DNA of 61,662 bases, the filler included, from Hausera hauseri (Eukaryota), in assembly GCA_046269625.1 (NCBI GenBank). It is 12 parts of 12 records of this genome, joined end to end, with 100 filler letters (N's around TTAATTAATTAA, not from the genome) between each part and the next. Parts side by side here need not be neighbours in the genome. Positions count along the whole stretch, not along the records: positions 36,367 to 41,314 come from JBJURY010382369.1; positions 41,415 to 46,966 come from JBJURY010232184.1; positions 47,067 to 51,446 come from JBJURY010609443.1; 9 more parts are not named here. One strand, 5' to 3'. Below the pieces are notes generated by a model, which was given only the letters and a program-made list of their open reading frames with translations, searched no databases and was not told the DNA's origin. Made by a program: the position numbers and the translations under genes. Positions 36,367 to 50,333 of the stretch are shown piece after piece (position 1 is the stretch's first letter; every line of letters starts with the position of its first letter).

Positions 36367-37207
36367 AGAGCGCTAAGCTGCAGAATGACCGTTTGGAGAA
36401 AGTTGGATGGCTTTTGGCTTCATATCGCGTTGTCGTTAAAATACTTTTGTATTATATTGCCAATCAAAGGATCCGTGACATGCATTACAGCTTTACAGAG
36501 TGTCTCGTAAGGTGTCGAAGATTGTAGAAGCTCGGAGATATTATTAATCTGCTGCTTGACGTTGGCAGGCAGAAGAATTAATAGGCTATTGACTCGCACA
36601 AAAGAATCAGTGGTATTGTGCGATTTTAGCCACTGTTGGTGGAATTGGAGCCATGGTTTGCTGGAGTTGTTTCTGTCGAGAAAAAATTCCACACAAGGTA
36701 AATTTAATGACCTTCGTGACTGTTGGGAATGTGGCAAACAATAGACGTTGCCTGTATTCGTGGATTTATCATCCGAGAAGGATGGGTTTGAATCCGATCC
36801 ACCCGGAGGCGAAAATAAAGCATGAGATAGATGTCTGGACGTTCGAGGCATGCGAAAGACAAGAGAGAGTCCGAAGGGTGTATCATAAGCCCTCGATATG
36901 TGAAATGGAAATCCTAAGTGTTGTATGATAAGGACAGAGCGTTATATAAGAGCTGTGCTGTATTGTTGAGTGGAACTCTTATGGTTTTTACATGTTGATT
37001 ACTGCTAAAGACTTGGATAGAAAATTGTAGTGAGGCGATCCCAGGGGAACGATGAAATACACGGGGGGCTTGGGCGGTTACCTTTTGGGTTAAGAAGCAG
37101 CTTGATCGTACAGCCGGAAAAATAGTGGCAAGTATTGATTGTGATGAAAGAATATCACAGGTTTTTGAGCTCAAAAGGTGTTCAAAATTGAGATTGGTGT
37201 TGGCCAT
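36367..37207 (-). mobile_element. Gypsy 5' part: UBL-gag (same lineage), truncated by the contig end
   Basis: LQFSIQVFSSNQHVKTIRVPLNNTAQLLYNALSLSYNT*DFHFTYRGLMIHPSDSLLSF...YLMLYFRLR/GGSDS, with one TAG and a 1-nt frameshift (GG at 36798-36803). Then LNLPCVEFFLD...WLQFHQQWLK...NSLLILLP, matching the Gag at 30450-30600. Confidence 0.88.
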
Positions 37208-39629
37208 CAAAGATTTGTGAGAGCGCAAAAAATGGCCGCACTGGTGGGCGCAAACAAGTGAAAAAAACTTCACCCACCTGTGTCCGAATGTGGTTTTGCT
37301 GAGCTCAGTGACAGCATCTTCATTGTGACCAAACATCGACGGTGTGCTTGCAACATGGAATAATTGCGCTAAACTGAAATGGGCACCGTGTAAACTGATC
37401 TGTCTTTGCGGTAAAAGAATATCAGTGTCGGTAATGTCGTAGGACATTGGTGGACCCAGGCCTTTCTGAGATCGTCCAGCGTTAGTCATTCTGCCTTGAA
37501 CGTCAAAAACTGGCGTAGATCTTTTACTCATAACATTTTTTCTTAATTCCTGTATCATTCGAATAAGACTTAGTGACATAAGATACCGAAAACTCAAGAA
37601 TCTAGCCAAACTGTAGCATCGTCTGAGGTTTTATAATAAGCCATGCCTTATTGGGCTGTTCAAAATACACCATAATTAATTCTTATGGGTACTGATCATC
37701 TTCAATACCCGCCAAAATTTCCGAAACTTGCTCGTAGAACTTCACAATTAGGGACGAATTGAGGTTTGTTAGTCGAGAATCGATATTTTAAAGAGTTCCA
37801 CAAATGTTGTTTTTTAGTCTTATGTCGCTGACCCAGAAAATAATACTTATTCAAAACGCCCCATTTTCTAAAGCACTGCAGTGTATCATTTCCAAAAGTA
37901 AATATTCGGAATGGTCTTTTAAGCACAACTCTGGAGATCTAAGTGAAAATTGCCAAGAATGCTAAATGTACCGATCAAATGAACAATGCTACCGCAAATC
38001 GGTATTTGATCAATGTAAGTTAATATTTGATTTTGAAACGATAACAGACTGTTAAATGAATATCTAATTAACTCAATAAAAATTTTCAAAATTCGTAAAA
38101 CGTCGTTATTTTTAGGCGGTGACATGAGAGATAAATTCAATACCGATTTGAAAAGATTAACAAATTTCTCAGCAGACACTTTGCTCACTGGCATTGAATC
38201 CATATATTCTTCTTCGTCAGATAATTCGATAAAATAAAGTGGTTTGGGACATTTAGCAGCCCGTTCCGGCTGTCGGTTTATGGTTTGGAGCATCAGCGGC
38301 GGTCTATGTACATCTATTTCCCTGCCTTATAAAACACCATCAAACGCAGGAGATATGGGTGAGTTCCGGTGAGTAAGAGGTATGACGGTTTTCCTTCGAT
38401 AAAAATTGTTGAACTATGTCCAAAAACTTATGAGACGAAGACTTTGGATGATCACACACATAAGACATGTTAAGCCATGATGAGTTCTTTGGTGGAGGAT
38501 GCGAGCTTTTACTGTCGGACTCATTAAATAGTCTAAGTTTTTAGTCGTTATCGGACTACTGTTCTTAATGGTTTCGGGAGTAGGACATGCACTCAATTGA
38601 AATGATATAATCTCCTCATTCATGCTGTAGGTTAGTGAATTTGTTGTTTATTCGCCCTTAATACTTGTGAAACATTTTTGTCACTGTCCGTTTTTGACTT
38701 CGTTATTTGATCATTCTCGACTTCACTCTTTTTTTTAACGTCACTTATAACCTGCGAATTCTTTTTCGGCCTACCTCTGGGCTTCTTTGTGTGTACAGTT
38801 TCAGTGTCAAAATGCTTCGGTGCTTTGGATAAGGACTCGGTTTCTATCTTTTTTATATTACAAGCTTCATCAGTAAAATCCGCTTTTAAACATTTCAATC
38901 TTATTGAAAAATTATCACTTTCTTTTAATTTTCAACGCCTCAACTTTGGTTCAGGACTATTTAGAATTGTCGAGCTTATTGTCGAACCAGTGTCTCCAGA
39001 AACACGACGAACAAACACAAGTGGACATGACATAGGAAAAAGTTCACTGAGTCCAATCCATCGTAAAATGCAATTTCTAATATTAATATCCACCTATTCT
39101 TCCTTCTTCGTTAGCTTGCTTAATTGAGGTGGTTTCAAAATACGAGAGTATAACCGTTCCATTGCCAGAAATAAGGGAACACCCGTTTTCCTACTTGTAA
39201 CATAAGATGACAACAAGAATTTCGCAAAAGCAACCCTATTTGAAATTTTGAAACTTTCGAACGTTGACTTTCCTCGAAATACTGCTAAAGCTAAACCTTC
39301 CAACGGTAACGTTAATAGACTCGAATAAACAACAAATTCATTCGAATTTGGATAATAGTGGTAGCGTTTTTTCAAATCACACGTCACTTTGAGATTATGT
39401 CCATATTTCATTCGATTTGCAGGAAAATAAAATCGAATACTTGCAAATCGTGTAATGTCGAAATCATGATTTCGTAATTTTCGTCGAAAAAGATGCACGG
39501 GATAACAAATACAAAGATCTTTTGAATCAAAAATGAAATATTCAATTGAAGTGTTTGTCGAAATGACTGACATTTTTCATTCGTAATATTGGTTGTTCGT
39601 TTTGAAGTCATTGCCTTGTTATACTGACT

Positions 39630-41050
39630 TTTTAAAAAAATTTCTGAAACTGATGTTCACCAATACCTTCCCCAGATACGACCGTGTAATCAATTTCACG
39701 GCAAATCGGACATGCCCATTTGGACGTTAAAAGAAAATGCAAGTTACGACCATCACAAGTTTCAACTGGATATTTTGGAGATAGTTGTAATTTATCACCA
39801 GTCCATACCGGGTCTTATCTCAATGTAACAATTGTCCGACGACCTTTTGAACAGACATCCGTTTTCCGATTACTAATCATCTTTAAATGAAGATCCAAAC
39901 CAGTTTCGTCCTTAGGGAAACCATTTTTAATTAGGGAAATGTTCATCTCCATCCAAAATTCTGTGCTATCGTTGGGCTGCTTGAGGTATTCAAAGGATTC
40001 AGCTAAACTAATAGATTGAACGGCATATATTGTTCCGTTTTTGGCTGTAATTGAAAATGTGGTCAGACGACAGACTGGACCCATCTCCTCTAAAGAAGTA
40101 TCTTCTTTTCCAGTGATATTACCTAGGCAACGGGAAAACATTTCACTGTTGGTGGGAAAATAATTATATTATAGACGTGTCTACATTCGTGACCTTGAGC
40201 AGTAAATAATTCGCTACCTCGTAAAACAAGGTGTTGATTCAATGATGACAAAATATGCTGGTGATTCTCTTCTGACACAAAATATTGAATTTGCATCTGG
40301 AACACAAACGGATCCATTTAATGGATTCAAACCGGGGCCACATTTTTCACAAGCCTTTTTACTAAGACCGGGATAATGTTTCAAAATAGTCCCACTTGGA
40401 CAATTTTCACATTTCGTTGATTCACTTGCAAAATATCTACCTTTGCCACAATTAACAGTCATTAGACTTGATATCACAAACCTGACAACAACTCGCTTCA
40501 ATATCATTTAATTTTCCTAGTCTTATCGAATATATATTCATATAATCACTGTTCCTACGACTGAATAGCCAGCCTTCTACTTTCCGTCGTGAATTATATT
40601 TGTAAGTCTGAGTCTTTGTTGAATTGATCCAGATAAACATTCGTATCGTTTGAAAATCTGTATATCCCAAGAAAAGATGAAAAACACATTGCATTGAACA
40701 GTTCATGATGAAATCAAAAGTCAGTAAAGTCTCTGTTTCATCGTTATCAACGTCTCCGGATTTTGAGTCAGAATCTGATTTAGTGTTTGTATCAAAATTT
40801 AACTGTAATACATTTACATCAACCGATGAAGATGATCGCAAATGATCGCCATTGAATACCCAAGTCTCATCACTGTTACATTGATCATCTTCCTTCAAAC
40901 ACCGAACGAAGAGATTCGGTAATGGTCTAGTCCATTTATCATAAACCAATTGATACACAGGAACTTGATTTGGTTCACATTTTGAACATTTTTTCATCCA
41001 TTGAAACAGGCTGATTGGATGGACAAAAAACGCAAATATTAGTTGAATTC
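39630..41050 (-). pseudogene. ELAPOR/KIAA1324 (UPF0577) family, disrupted
   Basis: WVFNGDHL, CPSGTILKH...ACEKCGPG, FTAQGHECRHVYNI and ETCDG...FLLTSKWACPICREIDY match successive family motifs in the expected order. Several frameshifts; no introns evident. Confidence 0.82.
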
Positions 41051-41572
41051 GTAATCCCACTTCTGACACCAATGTGGTATAATAACTCCAACGAGAGGAA
41101 GATAAATCCAAATGGCAAGCAATTTACTTTACTATCACAATTCAAAATTCAACAAATCAATTTCTTTTATTTATTTTCTATTTACAGAGCAATAATTTTA
41201 TTACAAACGATATTACAAATGCAACTGTCCATATTCTGACACTGTTTGTTAAAGGAGAACATTGCAAAAATGTGAAATGACGTAGATTTTGATTTGAGAT
41301 GGATTGCACTGCTTNNNNNNNNNNNNNNNNNNNNNNNNNNNNNNNNNNNNNNNNNNNNTTAATTAATTAANNNNNNNNNNNNNNNNNNNNNNNNNNNNNN
41401 NNNNNNNNNNNNNNACCATAGAAGTAGTGTTTATTTTAATTTAAAGTATTAATAGGTTAATATATATTGCATTTTACGCTTACTTTAATTTATTTCTTAT
41501 TCATAATGCAAACATTATCCCGTGTATTGCGTATCACGCATACACGTAGATCATGAGCAGTGCCATTAGCAG

Positions 41573-42076
41573 ATGGCGAAGTATTACGCTGTGAGGTCCG
41601 ACACGTACGTGTGTCCAACATGCAGTATTTCAACGCAGTGCCCGCATGTTGACTTTTACGAGATGCACAAGCATCATCTCGGGCCGCTTACGCGGCCCAA
41701 GAAGATGATGCTTGCGCATTGCCCCACATATCCATACTACTGCACTAGTAGTGTGCACAAAGTTGATGGTTGCTATACTGCAATGGGCAGTACTATTGCA
41801 TCACCACAACGCTGTACAGTAAACGGACCTATGTTTCTTCCTGTTGTTGATGATGATTATGGTGAAATCAACTACGAACAATTCTATAATTTGCACAAGG
41901 ACCACGTAAACCAGTTTAACCGGTCGAAAAAACAAATATTTATGGACAACAACAGCGGCAACAGCAGGAGCAGCATCCCCTCAACAACAATAACAACAAC
42001 AACAACCAGCAAGAAACGTCAGGCCTCAACAAGTCTTGACGACTTAATCAGAAACAGTACACAGCAACAGCAGTAG
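41573..42076 (+). CDS. Hypothetical Cys/His-rich protein upstream of pPolB
   Basis: ATG ORF of 167 aa with CPTC..C..H / HCP...C...H motifs and a T/Q-rich tail; no family recognised. Confidence 0.4.
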   Translation: MAKYYAVRSDTYVCPTCSISTQCPHVDFYEMHKHHLGPLTRPKKMMLAHCPTYPYYCTSSVHKVDGCYTAMGSTIASPQRCTVNGPMFLPVVDDDYGEINYEQFYNLHKDHVNQFNRSKKQIFMDNNSGNSRSSIPSTTITTTTTSKKRQASTSLDDLIRNSTQQQQ

Positions 42077-42299
42077 CAGTAGAAGGAGAAACAGCATCAA
42101 CAAGAAGAACAGGAGGCCAATATTCTCAACATTACAGTCAAGTACGACCTAAACAGATCGTACGTAAACATGAAGGTGGACATGACAACGAAAACAGCAA
42201 CGCAGTTGAAGGATGTACCCGCTCATGTGCGTAACCGGTTGGAAATAGAGGTGGCCAAATTCCAATAACACCACTACAAAGTGCAATATTATGCACTTG

Positions 42300-45200
42300 C
42301 AGAATTTGAAAATTTTTAAGGTGACAAGAAACAATGGTACCTGTCACATTGAGCCGTACCGTATTTTGAAGATTTTATTGCCGACATAGGCGAAAAGCTC
42401 GAGGAGAAAATCGCCAACTACACCGATAATAGTGGTGGATGACGAATTATACGAAGTGTCACTCTCGGTTTTATCATAAAGTCGAGTGATATGATATATT
42501 TGTCTGGACGATCATTCATACCGATACCTGCAGTTCTGAATCAGTCTCTGGCGGTAGTGAATGTAGAAAATACCAACGATGAATACTGTTTTCTGTACAG
42601 TATTCTGGCGGTATTGAAATACGACGAAGTGGACAGACATAGTGCATCTCGTCCCAAACAGTATCAGAAATATTTTTCCGAATTGGATTTTGATGAAAGC
42701 TGGATGCCGATGAAACTGAAATCCATTCTGGTTTTTGAACGGCGTAATCCGACACCGACAATCAACGTGTTCTGGTACAACACAGTCGTAGAAATACCGG
42801 CGGATGACGAAATTTACAAAAACCCTCATGTAGATATACTCCATCGAAGTCGGAATCCAAATGGTCACTCAGTAGTAAATTTGTTGCTACTGGAGCAAGC
42901 AGATAAATTTCACTACGTGGCAGTAACCAACTTGGACAGACTACTTAACATGGTTCACCATCAGTTTGTCCTAAAGTGTATACCATGTAAATGGTGTCCT
43001 GTATGTCTGCATGGATTCAGGTCGGAAACATCACGGGAGAAACATGTGACTCTGTGCAGATGAAATTCATCGGGAACCACAATGTATGTCATGCCCGTCA
43101 AAAAGGAACTCAGGTTCACAGATTGATCAAAAACAGACAGTCCGGCATATGTGGTATATGGCGATATGGAGGCAATTCTACCACGGCACAACGTGTATGA
43201 TCAAAAACAAGTTCCAATTGCCGTTGGTATGTTGATTGTCCCAATAAAAGCGGTCGGTCAGTCGCAGTATTACGGCTTTCACGGCTGGACCTGTATGCGT
43301 GATTTTCTGCAGCGTTTGGAAACGATAGTAGAAACGGAAATCGCACCGTGGTATCGCAATAACAGCACAAAACTCCTGATTTGGACAGACGAAGATGAAC
43401 GCCTGACGTTTGCAGCCACCGATGAATGTTACCTGTGCCACCAATAAATATTACCGGAACGGCTCATACCGGATCACGACCATTTTACCGGTCGATACTT
43501 GGAAGCAGCATGCAACGCGTGCAATTTGGCAAGACGGGTGCGGCCATTCCTGCCGGTGATATTTTATAACTTCAGGGGTTAATACTGTCACCATATTCTG
43601 AAATGGGCCACAAACGAATTTCCGCACTGGAAGCTATCCATAATGCCAACAACGATGGAGAAGTACCTGTTTCTATCGGCACGCATAAACCGGTTTTAGG
43701 TACGGTTTCTTGACTCATTACATTTCCTCAATGAGTCTCTAGCAAAGCTCGTAAATGCCTTGTCCGATGTACCTCTAACACTGACGAAGTTCCCCACACA
43801 TTGCACGCAGCAAAGGCATATTCCCGTATGACTTTGCCGTGTCATATGAGCGACTCCGGACAACAGAGGAATTACCGCCGCGATGGACAGGTATCACAGA
43901 AGATGAATATCAGAAAGCACAGGAATCTTGGACAGAGCTCGGTTGTAGAAACATCTTGGACTACATGCTTTATTATCTAAAGCTAGATGTGTACTTATTA
44001 GCCGATGTGTTTCAGACATTTCGGGATAAAGCTTTGGAGGAAGATAGATTGGAACCGCTCAACTTTTACTCAATACCGGGAATGAGTTGGGCATCAGCAC
44101 TAATGTCACTGGATCAGGATATTGACCTACTACAAGACCCGGAAATGTACCGACTGTTTGACGTTGGCATTCGTGGCGGCATGACATTTGTCAACAAGCA
44201 TTACGTAACCAGTAATGACGATGATACAACGTCAATGTTGTACATAGATATTAATAACCTGTACGGATGGGCGCTTTCGCAACCCTTGCCGTACGGTTCA
44301 TTTGAATGGATAATGGACAAACAAGAACTGGATATATTGCTGGACAGTCTGCCAGCAGCAAACACGACAGAAAGCAGCTCAGTCGGCTACCTAATAGAAG
44401 TCGATCTCGTGGTACCAGATGAGCTGCATGAAGCTCTGGACGAATTACCCGTGAGACCAATCACAAATGTCCACCTAGCTCAAAAGTAAAGAAACTGCTT
44501 ATGACGCATAAACCCAAATCGAATTACGTGGTTCATTGGCCTCTACTGCAGTTTTACATGCAGCTTGGTGTACGCGTCACACAGTTGCATCGCGCAATCT
44601 GCTTCAATCAGGCGCCTATATTCAAGGCGTACATTGATGGAAATTTGGAAAAACGAGCCGCAGCTTGTACATAGTTCGTAAAGGATTATTACAAGCTCCA
44701 AAACAATTCACTATACGGAAAAACAGTGGGCAATCTAAAGAAGCGGCTCAATGTGCGCTTGTGCAAAAACGAAAAACGACTGGTCACGTAGACCAGCAAG
44801 GCTCAGTTCAGGCGGTCAATGCACATTGCCGATGGATTGGTTGCTATGCTGTTAAACCGGGAAAAAGTCATTCTGCACCGACCAAGTTACATCAGACAAG
44901 TAGTATTGGACCTGAGCAAGTTGCGAATGTACGAGCTCCAGTATCGCGACTTGGCGCGTTACCGGCAAATGTTCGACAGCTGTGAGAACCGTATCGTTGC
45001 CGGTGACACAGACAGCTTTTTTCTTGAGCTGAGAAACATCAATCAAGACCAGCTGCTCCGACAAATGATGTCAGATGGACTACTGCGCACGTCCAACTAC
45101 CCACAGAACCATCCACTGTACAGCAGCGCGATAACAAACAAAATCGGCTGCTTCAAGGATGAAAGCGAAGGCCGGGTTCAATACAGGGAATGGATATTTT

Positions 45201-45497
45201 TTGCGCCAAAAGTGCTACGGTTTTCTGACGGACGGTGGGCCGAAAATGCGTGCAAAAGGCATCCAGCTGAAACAGACGGAAATAAATCACGATAATTATC
45301 GCCGCACCTATGATGGACAAAAAGAAGACGGAGAAGAAGGAGGAAAGGCTGTTGTGTCTCAGACGACCATCCGATCGATTGAGCACCAGATGTATACCAT
45401 CACAAATAAAAAGTTTGCTTTGTCACGCAACGATGACAAGCGAAAGTGGGTGGGGTGAAATAAGAGTTGGGCGTATGGGCATTGGCTGTTGAAGTAA
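42300..45497 (+). mobile_element. Polinton/Maverick-type protein-primed DNA polymerase B pseudogene
   Basis: FIPIPAVL...AVVNVEN...YCFLYSILA, HYVAVTNLDRLL, CPVCLHGF...KHVTLC, DHDHFTGRYLEAACNACNL, YLKLDVYLLADVF, GIRGG, YIDINNLYGWALSQPLP, NNSLYGKT, GDTDSFF, FKDE, DDKRKW. Contains stops and frameshifts. Confidence 0.93.
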
Positions 45498-45726
45498 ATC
45501 GCATATACAGTCAGACATCTTAGACAAAGACAGTCAGACCAGTACAATTTATAAACTATGACACTCGCCGTTATTTGATTTTGTAAATAATATATATTTG
45601 TTCAACGTATTTTGTTTTGTATTTTTAATTTAACGTATTATTATTATGTAAGGTATTTAATAAAAGTAACGAATTAAGAAAAAAGTAAAATCAATAATTT
45701 ATTAATGACAAAACACAAAAGGCAAT

Positions 45727-46150
45727 TCAAATCAAACTAATTTTGCCCAATTTCCACATTGGCGACTTAACGCCACACAGTTCTTTGTAGCCTTTCAATT
45801 TCAGCGTCAGACAGCCTTTAGCACCTTCGAATGGCAACATCGTCGCTTCTTTTGTTGATGCTGTTTCGTCACCACTTGAAAGGAGAATCTTTTTCATATT
45901 GCCTTGAAAAAAATAGGCTGTATCCCGAATATCATTGGACAACACCAAATCACTGTCAACGTTTTTATCGTATGTTCCATCGTGTCCAAATCACTTTCGC
46001 TGATTTTTATGCCAACAAACCGTATTTCACCTGTTTGAGTTTGACCAGTTGCACCAATGACAACTAAATGTGCGTTCGTAAGTAGTTCAGTTTGTTGCAA
46101 CCGAGACGTTCTGACTGAATATTGATTGTATCATGGGTGACTTGTAGCAG
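45727..46150 (-). pseudogene. Small beta-rich protein convergent with pPolB, possibly an ssDNA-binding protein; frameshifted
   Basis: Two overlapping ORFs ending GCLTLKLKGYK...SPMWKLGKISL. The pattern is reminiscent of OB-fold SSBs and the position next to pPolB fits. Weak. Confidence 0.25.
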
Positions 46151-46459
46151 CAGCAGCATCATTGAACTTGGATGCTTCTCTAGAATTCATTATTGTTGTT
46201 GTTGTTGTTTTGCAGAGATAGAGAAAGAGAGAAGGATTGAAATGAAACTTGCACCTCTATATATACATGTCACGTTGGTTGAAACTGTCTTGTTTATATT
46301 AAACATTTGTGCGCGCTGAAAAATGGCCAATGAGCGTTTTGTTAGTAACAAGGTTTTCATTGTAAATAATAGACATTTACCTTATGAATATTGTCTCATA
46401 TCACAATGATACAAATTACCTCCACGTCATTGAAGTTCGTGACACTGTTTCGATCGACG

Positions 46460-46795
46460 TCATTCGTAATAAATGTTCACAATTTCCATTATAGCACATT
46501 TACATTCTGGACATTGTTGAGTTACTTTGGTGGTGGTGGTGGAACACTTTTGACAAACAACGAGATGGCCGCACATTAAGAATACTGTATCAACTTTTCT
46601 TTGTTTACATAGTACAAACATAAACTGACAGTCTCGTACTTTGTCCATTATTTTCTCTTTTAAGTTCTTTAATTCACCGCGTACCTTTTCAACAATATTG
46701 AAGTAATTTGTATCGTACAATCGGCAAATGTACATTTGATTTAATACAATAATTAGATTTTCTATAGAGCTGCAATCTGTTGTTACTCTCATCAA
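46460..46795 (-). CDS. C-terminal C3HC4 RING finger protein (IAP/MDM2-like RING), probably degenerate
   Basis: VLCKQRKVDTVFLMCGHLVVCQKCS...CPECKCAIMEIVNIYY. The first Cys appears lost, and there is an upstream in-frame stop near 46855. Confidence 0.75.
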   Translation of the reverse strand: MMRVTTDCSSIENLIIVLNQMYICRLYDTNYFNIVEKVRGELKNLKEKIMDKVRDCQFMFVLCKQRKVDTVFLMCGHLVVCQKCSTTTTKVTQQCPECKCAIMEIVNIYYE

Positions 46796-47257
46796 TGCTA
46801 TTGACTCGAAATCTTCTTCAAATCCAAATTCACCTGCTGTCCTCGCACCCAGCTAATTATCAAGTACTTGCCACCATCGTACCAAGTCTGCAATTGATAA
46901 TCCATCAAAATTTTGCAACGTCTTTAGTTGATTAACTATTTCCATGATGATGATTAATAGTATTTTNNNNNNNNNNNNNNNNNNNNNNNNNNNNNNNNNN
47001 NNNNNNNNNNTTAATTAATTAANNNNNNNNNNNNNNNNNNNNNNNNNNNNNNNNNNNNNNNNNNNNTGCTCCTTCTTTTGGTATTGCCGTTGATGAACAG
47101 TCTCAGTACAGCAGAAAGATGTTTAATGAAGAGACATTTTGTTCGTACAGATAACATTGTATATAGATTATTGCAAGATTGTATTATAATAAGAATTGTA
47201 AGAATGTATTATAGATTAATAGTTTGAATTATCAAAAAAATAAAAACAATCAATCTG

Positions 47258-49608
47258 TTGTTTCTTTATTCTTTCGTTATCTATCAAGTGGATATATATT
47301 CTCTATCAGATCAAATTGGTGTCAGATTTCCAGCAACAATGATATTCTTTAACCAATATGTTCAGTTTACTGATTCCATTACCAACACAAAATCGGTGAA
47401 AACGACTCTGGATAATTTCTATAAACTTAGTCAAACTATCCAGTTAAAATTTCGAGAACCAATAAAGGCAAATGATTTAGTTTCAAAATGCCATAATAAA
47501 GTAAAAAAGAAAATGGGGCAACAATTTCGCTTGGATTATGAAGATATACAGTTAAATTTGGAATCTTTAATTTTAAATCAATTGAAATTAGAGATGTCAG
47601 TTGTCGAATATCATTCGGTATATTCCAAGGTTATACTTGAAGAAATCATTTCTTGTAATTCCGATCAATCAGTCATGTTTTCGAAGCCGAATAAAAGTTT
47701 TCAAAATCTTCAGATGATCGAACCATTGGCTCTTGTTACGTGTTTATTTTCAAAAGGTGCAGTTAGTTCTGGTCTGTTATATGAATTCTTCCTGGTGTAC
47801 AGGGAAGTTTACACTCCACTTGAATTGATCAAAGAAATTTATAAAAATTTCACGTATATCGAACAAAAACTGAAAGTCTGCGTCATATTATCAACTAAAC
47901 TTCGACTTCGCCTATTTTTCATTTTGCTCTGTTGAATAGACGGATTTTATGACGTTGATTTCGACGAGGAAGTAATATCGGTGATATAGAATATCGTTAG
48001 TAACAAACTGAATCCTTTTGTCCGAAACGTTAACATGCTTATTGAAAGGGCACTGACAACCGCAAGATCCAATAACGTCTGTTCTCTGTCCTTCCAGTTC
48101 ACAGCTCTTAAAAAGAAGGCAATTTTGATGTATCAAATGTTTTATTCCGTATTACAAACAGTTTGGAGACGTCTAGAAAAATTGGACCATCAGCAATTAT
48201 ATTCTGTTCTTCTGAAAGACTACGCCAATTGCTATGAACATTATAACTATTGATCATTGACTAAGCACAGTCAAAATTTTTGGGATGATGTTTGTTTGCT
48301 ACACGATCTTGTTATTCTCTCCGATTATTATAATTTACGATAAGATCACTGGTCGATTGTCATCAAATTTAAGATAAGAAACATTGTTGGAATTAAAGAC
48401 TGGAATCCTAGAATATACTCGTTTACCACCATTGCTAAACTGGGAAGCAATGGTCCTGATAAACCCTTTATTCGAAGAAGAAGCCTGTTTAGAAGAGTTG
48501 AAACGTTTGTGTATCAATGAACAATGTTTTTCAGGGTTCGAGGTAACTGAACAGCGTTGTCTTGTTTCAACAAAATCATCGTTGTCTAATTGTCAGCAAT
48601 TATTTTCAGACAATCCGAGAAGTAAAAACATAATCAAACGCATGTTAAAATTCACTCAGAAAGTAGCAAACATGGTTGAATTACTTGTAACAATGATTAA
48701 ATTCTGTTGTTTTAAACCGGATTATTTATATGTACTGCGTGTCTGTTATAATTGTGCTAATGGCATCATTCAAACTGGCAAGCACAAAATGGCTCTGTTG
48801 ACTAAAGTTGCCGATTATTGTAAGGTTTTGCTCAAATGGAAAAGTCCTTATGCAGTTAAACTGACTGAAGAAACCGATCAGGTTAATCAACCGGAACTTA
48901 CCGTTGAGCAAACATCTCAGATTATATCCGACACAAAATTTTTTCATCCAATGAAGTACACATGTTTCACATCGTATTTTGACAGGCGGTGATATCCAAA
49001 ATAAACCGTTCCTAGGATTCTTTTATGCTATTCAGATGAATGAAGGACTTGAGGTTTTCTATGAGTGTGCCAGCAGGCTCATAGATACAATCAAATATGT
49101 TAAATATCTTGATTCAAATACAAACAGCGAAAGGTCGGTAAAAGTTATGCTCGAATGTTTCCTTATTACTGTTGATCGAATGACTCAGATTCGTCGAATT
49201 ACCAAAGAATTAGAAGAATGCAGTGATAATAAATTTTTCTCATTGGAAATTGACCTTCAAATTTTGAAAAGATTTACTATGGCTCAGAGTGCTCATAAAC
49301 AAGTGGTTGACGTTCTATAAAAATATCACTACTATTTATCATTCTGGCCTACAATGTCAAGACATATCATTAATTCAAACTGTGATTTAAAAAATTTTAT
49401 GCGAGATATTATTGATAATATTGAAACTATGCAAGCATGGCTATCGTGCTGTGAATGGCTTAATTGGAAGACACGTCAGGTTTGCCAAACGTATGCTGAA
49501 GTATTAAAACGAGAAATTAACATTGCCAAATTATTGGAAAATAATCTGAAATTTCCTACAATTCGCATTAAACAAAATTTAATTGGTTTGCGAACAGTTC
49601 AGTCGTGA
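47258..49608 (+). pseudogene. Large disrupted host gene with a possible RasGEF N-terminal (REM)-like segment
   Basis: Run of same-strand ORF fragments; YEFFLVYREVYTPLELIKEI resembles the REM motif FLLTYRxFxTPxELL. Confidence 0.35.
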
Positions 49609-49614
49609 AACAAA

Positions 49615-49790
49615 CAGAAAATAATTGATTTCTTGGTTAATAGAGGAGATATTGCCACTGCCAATATCAATGGTCTCAACGCACTTCACATCGCATCAAA
49701 GAAAGATTTAATTTATATTGTCAAATTACTTGCACGAGAAGCTGCTACAAAAAAGGTAACACTGATCCACATTGCTAGTCTGACAAAGTA
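49615..49790 (+). pseudogene. Ankyrin (ANK1/2/3-type) N-terminal repeat fragment
   Basis: DIATANINGLNALHIASK...IVKLLAREAATKKVTLIHIASL versus ankyrin NQNGLNALHLASKEGH...AATKKGNTALHIASL. Confidence 0.8.
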
Positions 49791-50333
49791 CATAAATCAA
49801 TCAAAATCAATATTTCAATTTCATGGCTGTGAAGTTGTATGAAATCAAATATCATCGGAGATTAGAGGATTTGAAATGTCCACCGAGCGGTTCAATTATA
49901 TTTCGAAATTTGAAGAAATCCTTCGGAAACTTAAAGAAACATTTACAGAATACATGGGTAAGATGTTAATTATATCAAATAGATGCAAATTTTTAATAAA
50001 GGAAATTCTTAAATATCAAAATGTATATTTCCACATATTTGTTGGCGAAATACCTCATATTTACTAAATGAACTTTTAAATACAATTTGGCAAACACTGA
50101 ATTTAGTTTCATAAAATGCCGTTTTATAACTGGTCAGAATAATTACAATTCTTCAATCAAAATGACCTATACCAATGTTCTAATCTCTACTTCAGTTGTC
50201 GAAGACATTTTATATATACCTGATTGTAACATTTACAAGATTTGATCCACCTCACGATCTTCGATCGTACATTCATTCGAAAGGGAGAAATGTTGAACCG
50301 CATTCAATAAACTGTGTATCTGAGGGAACGAGC

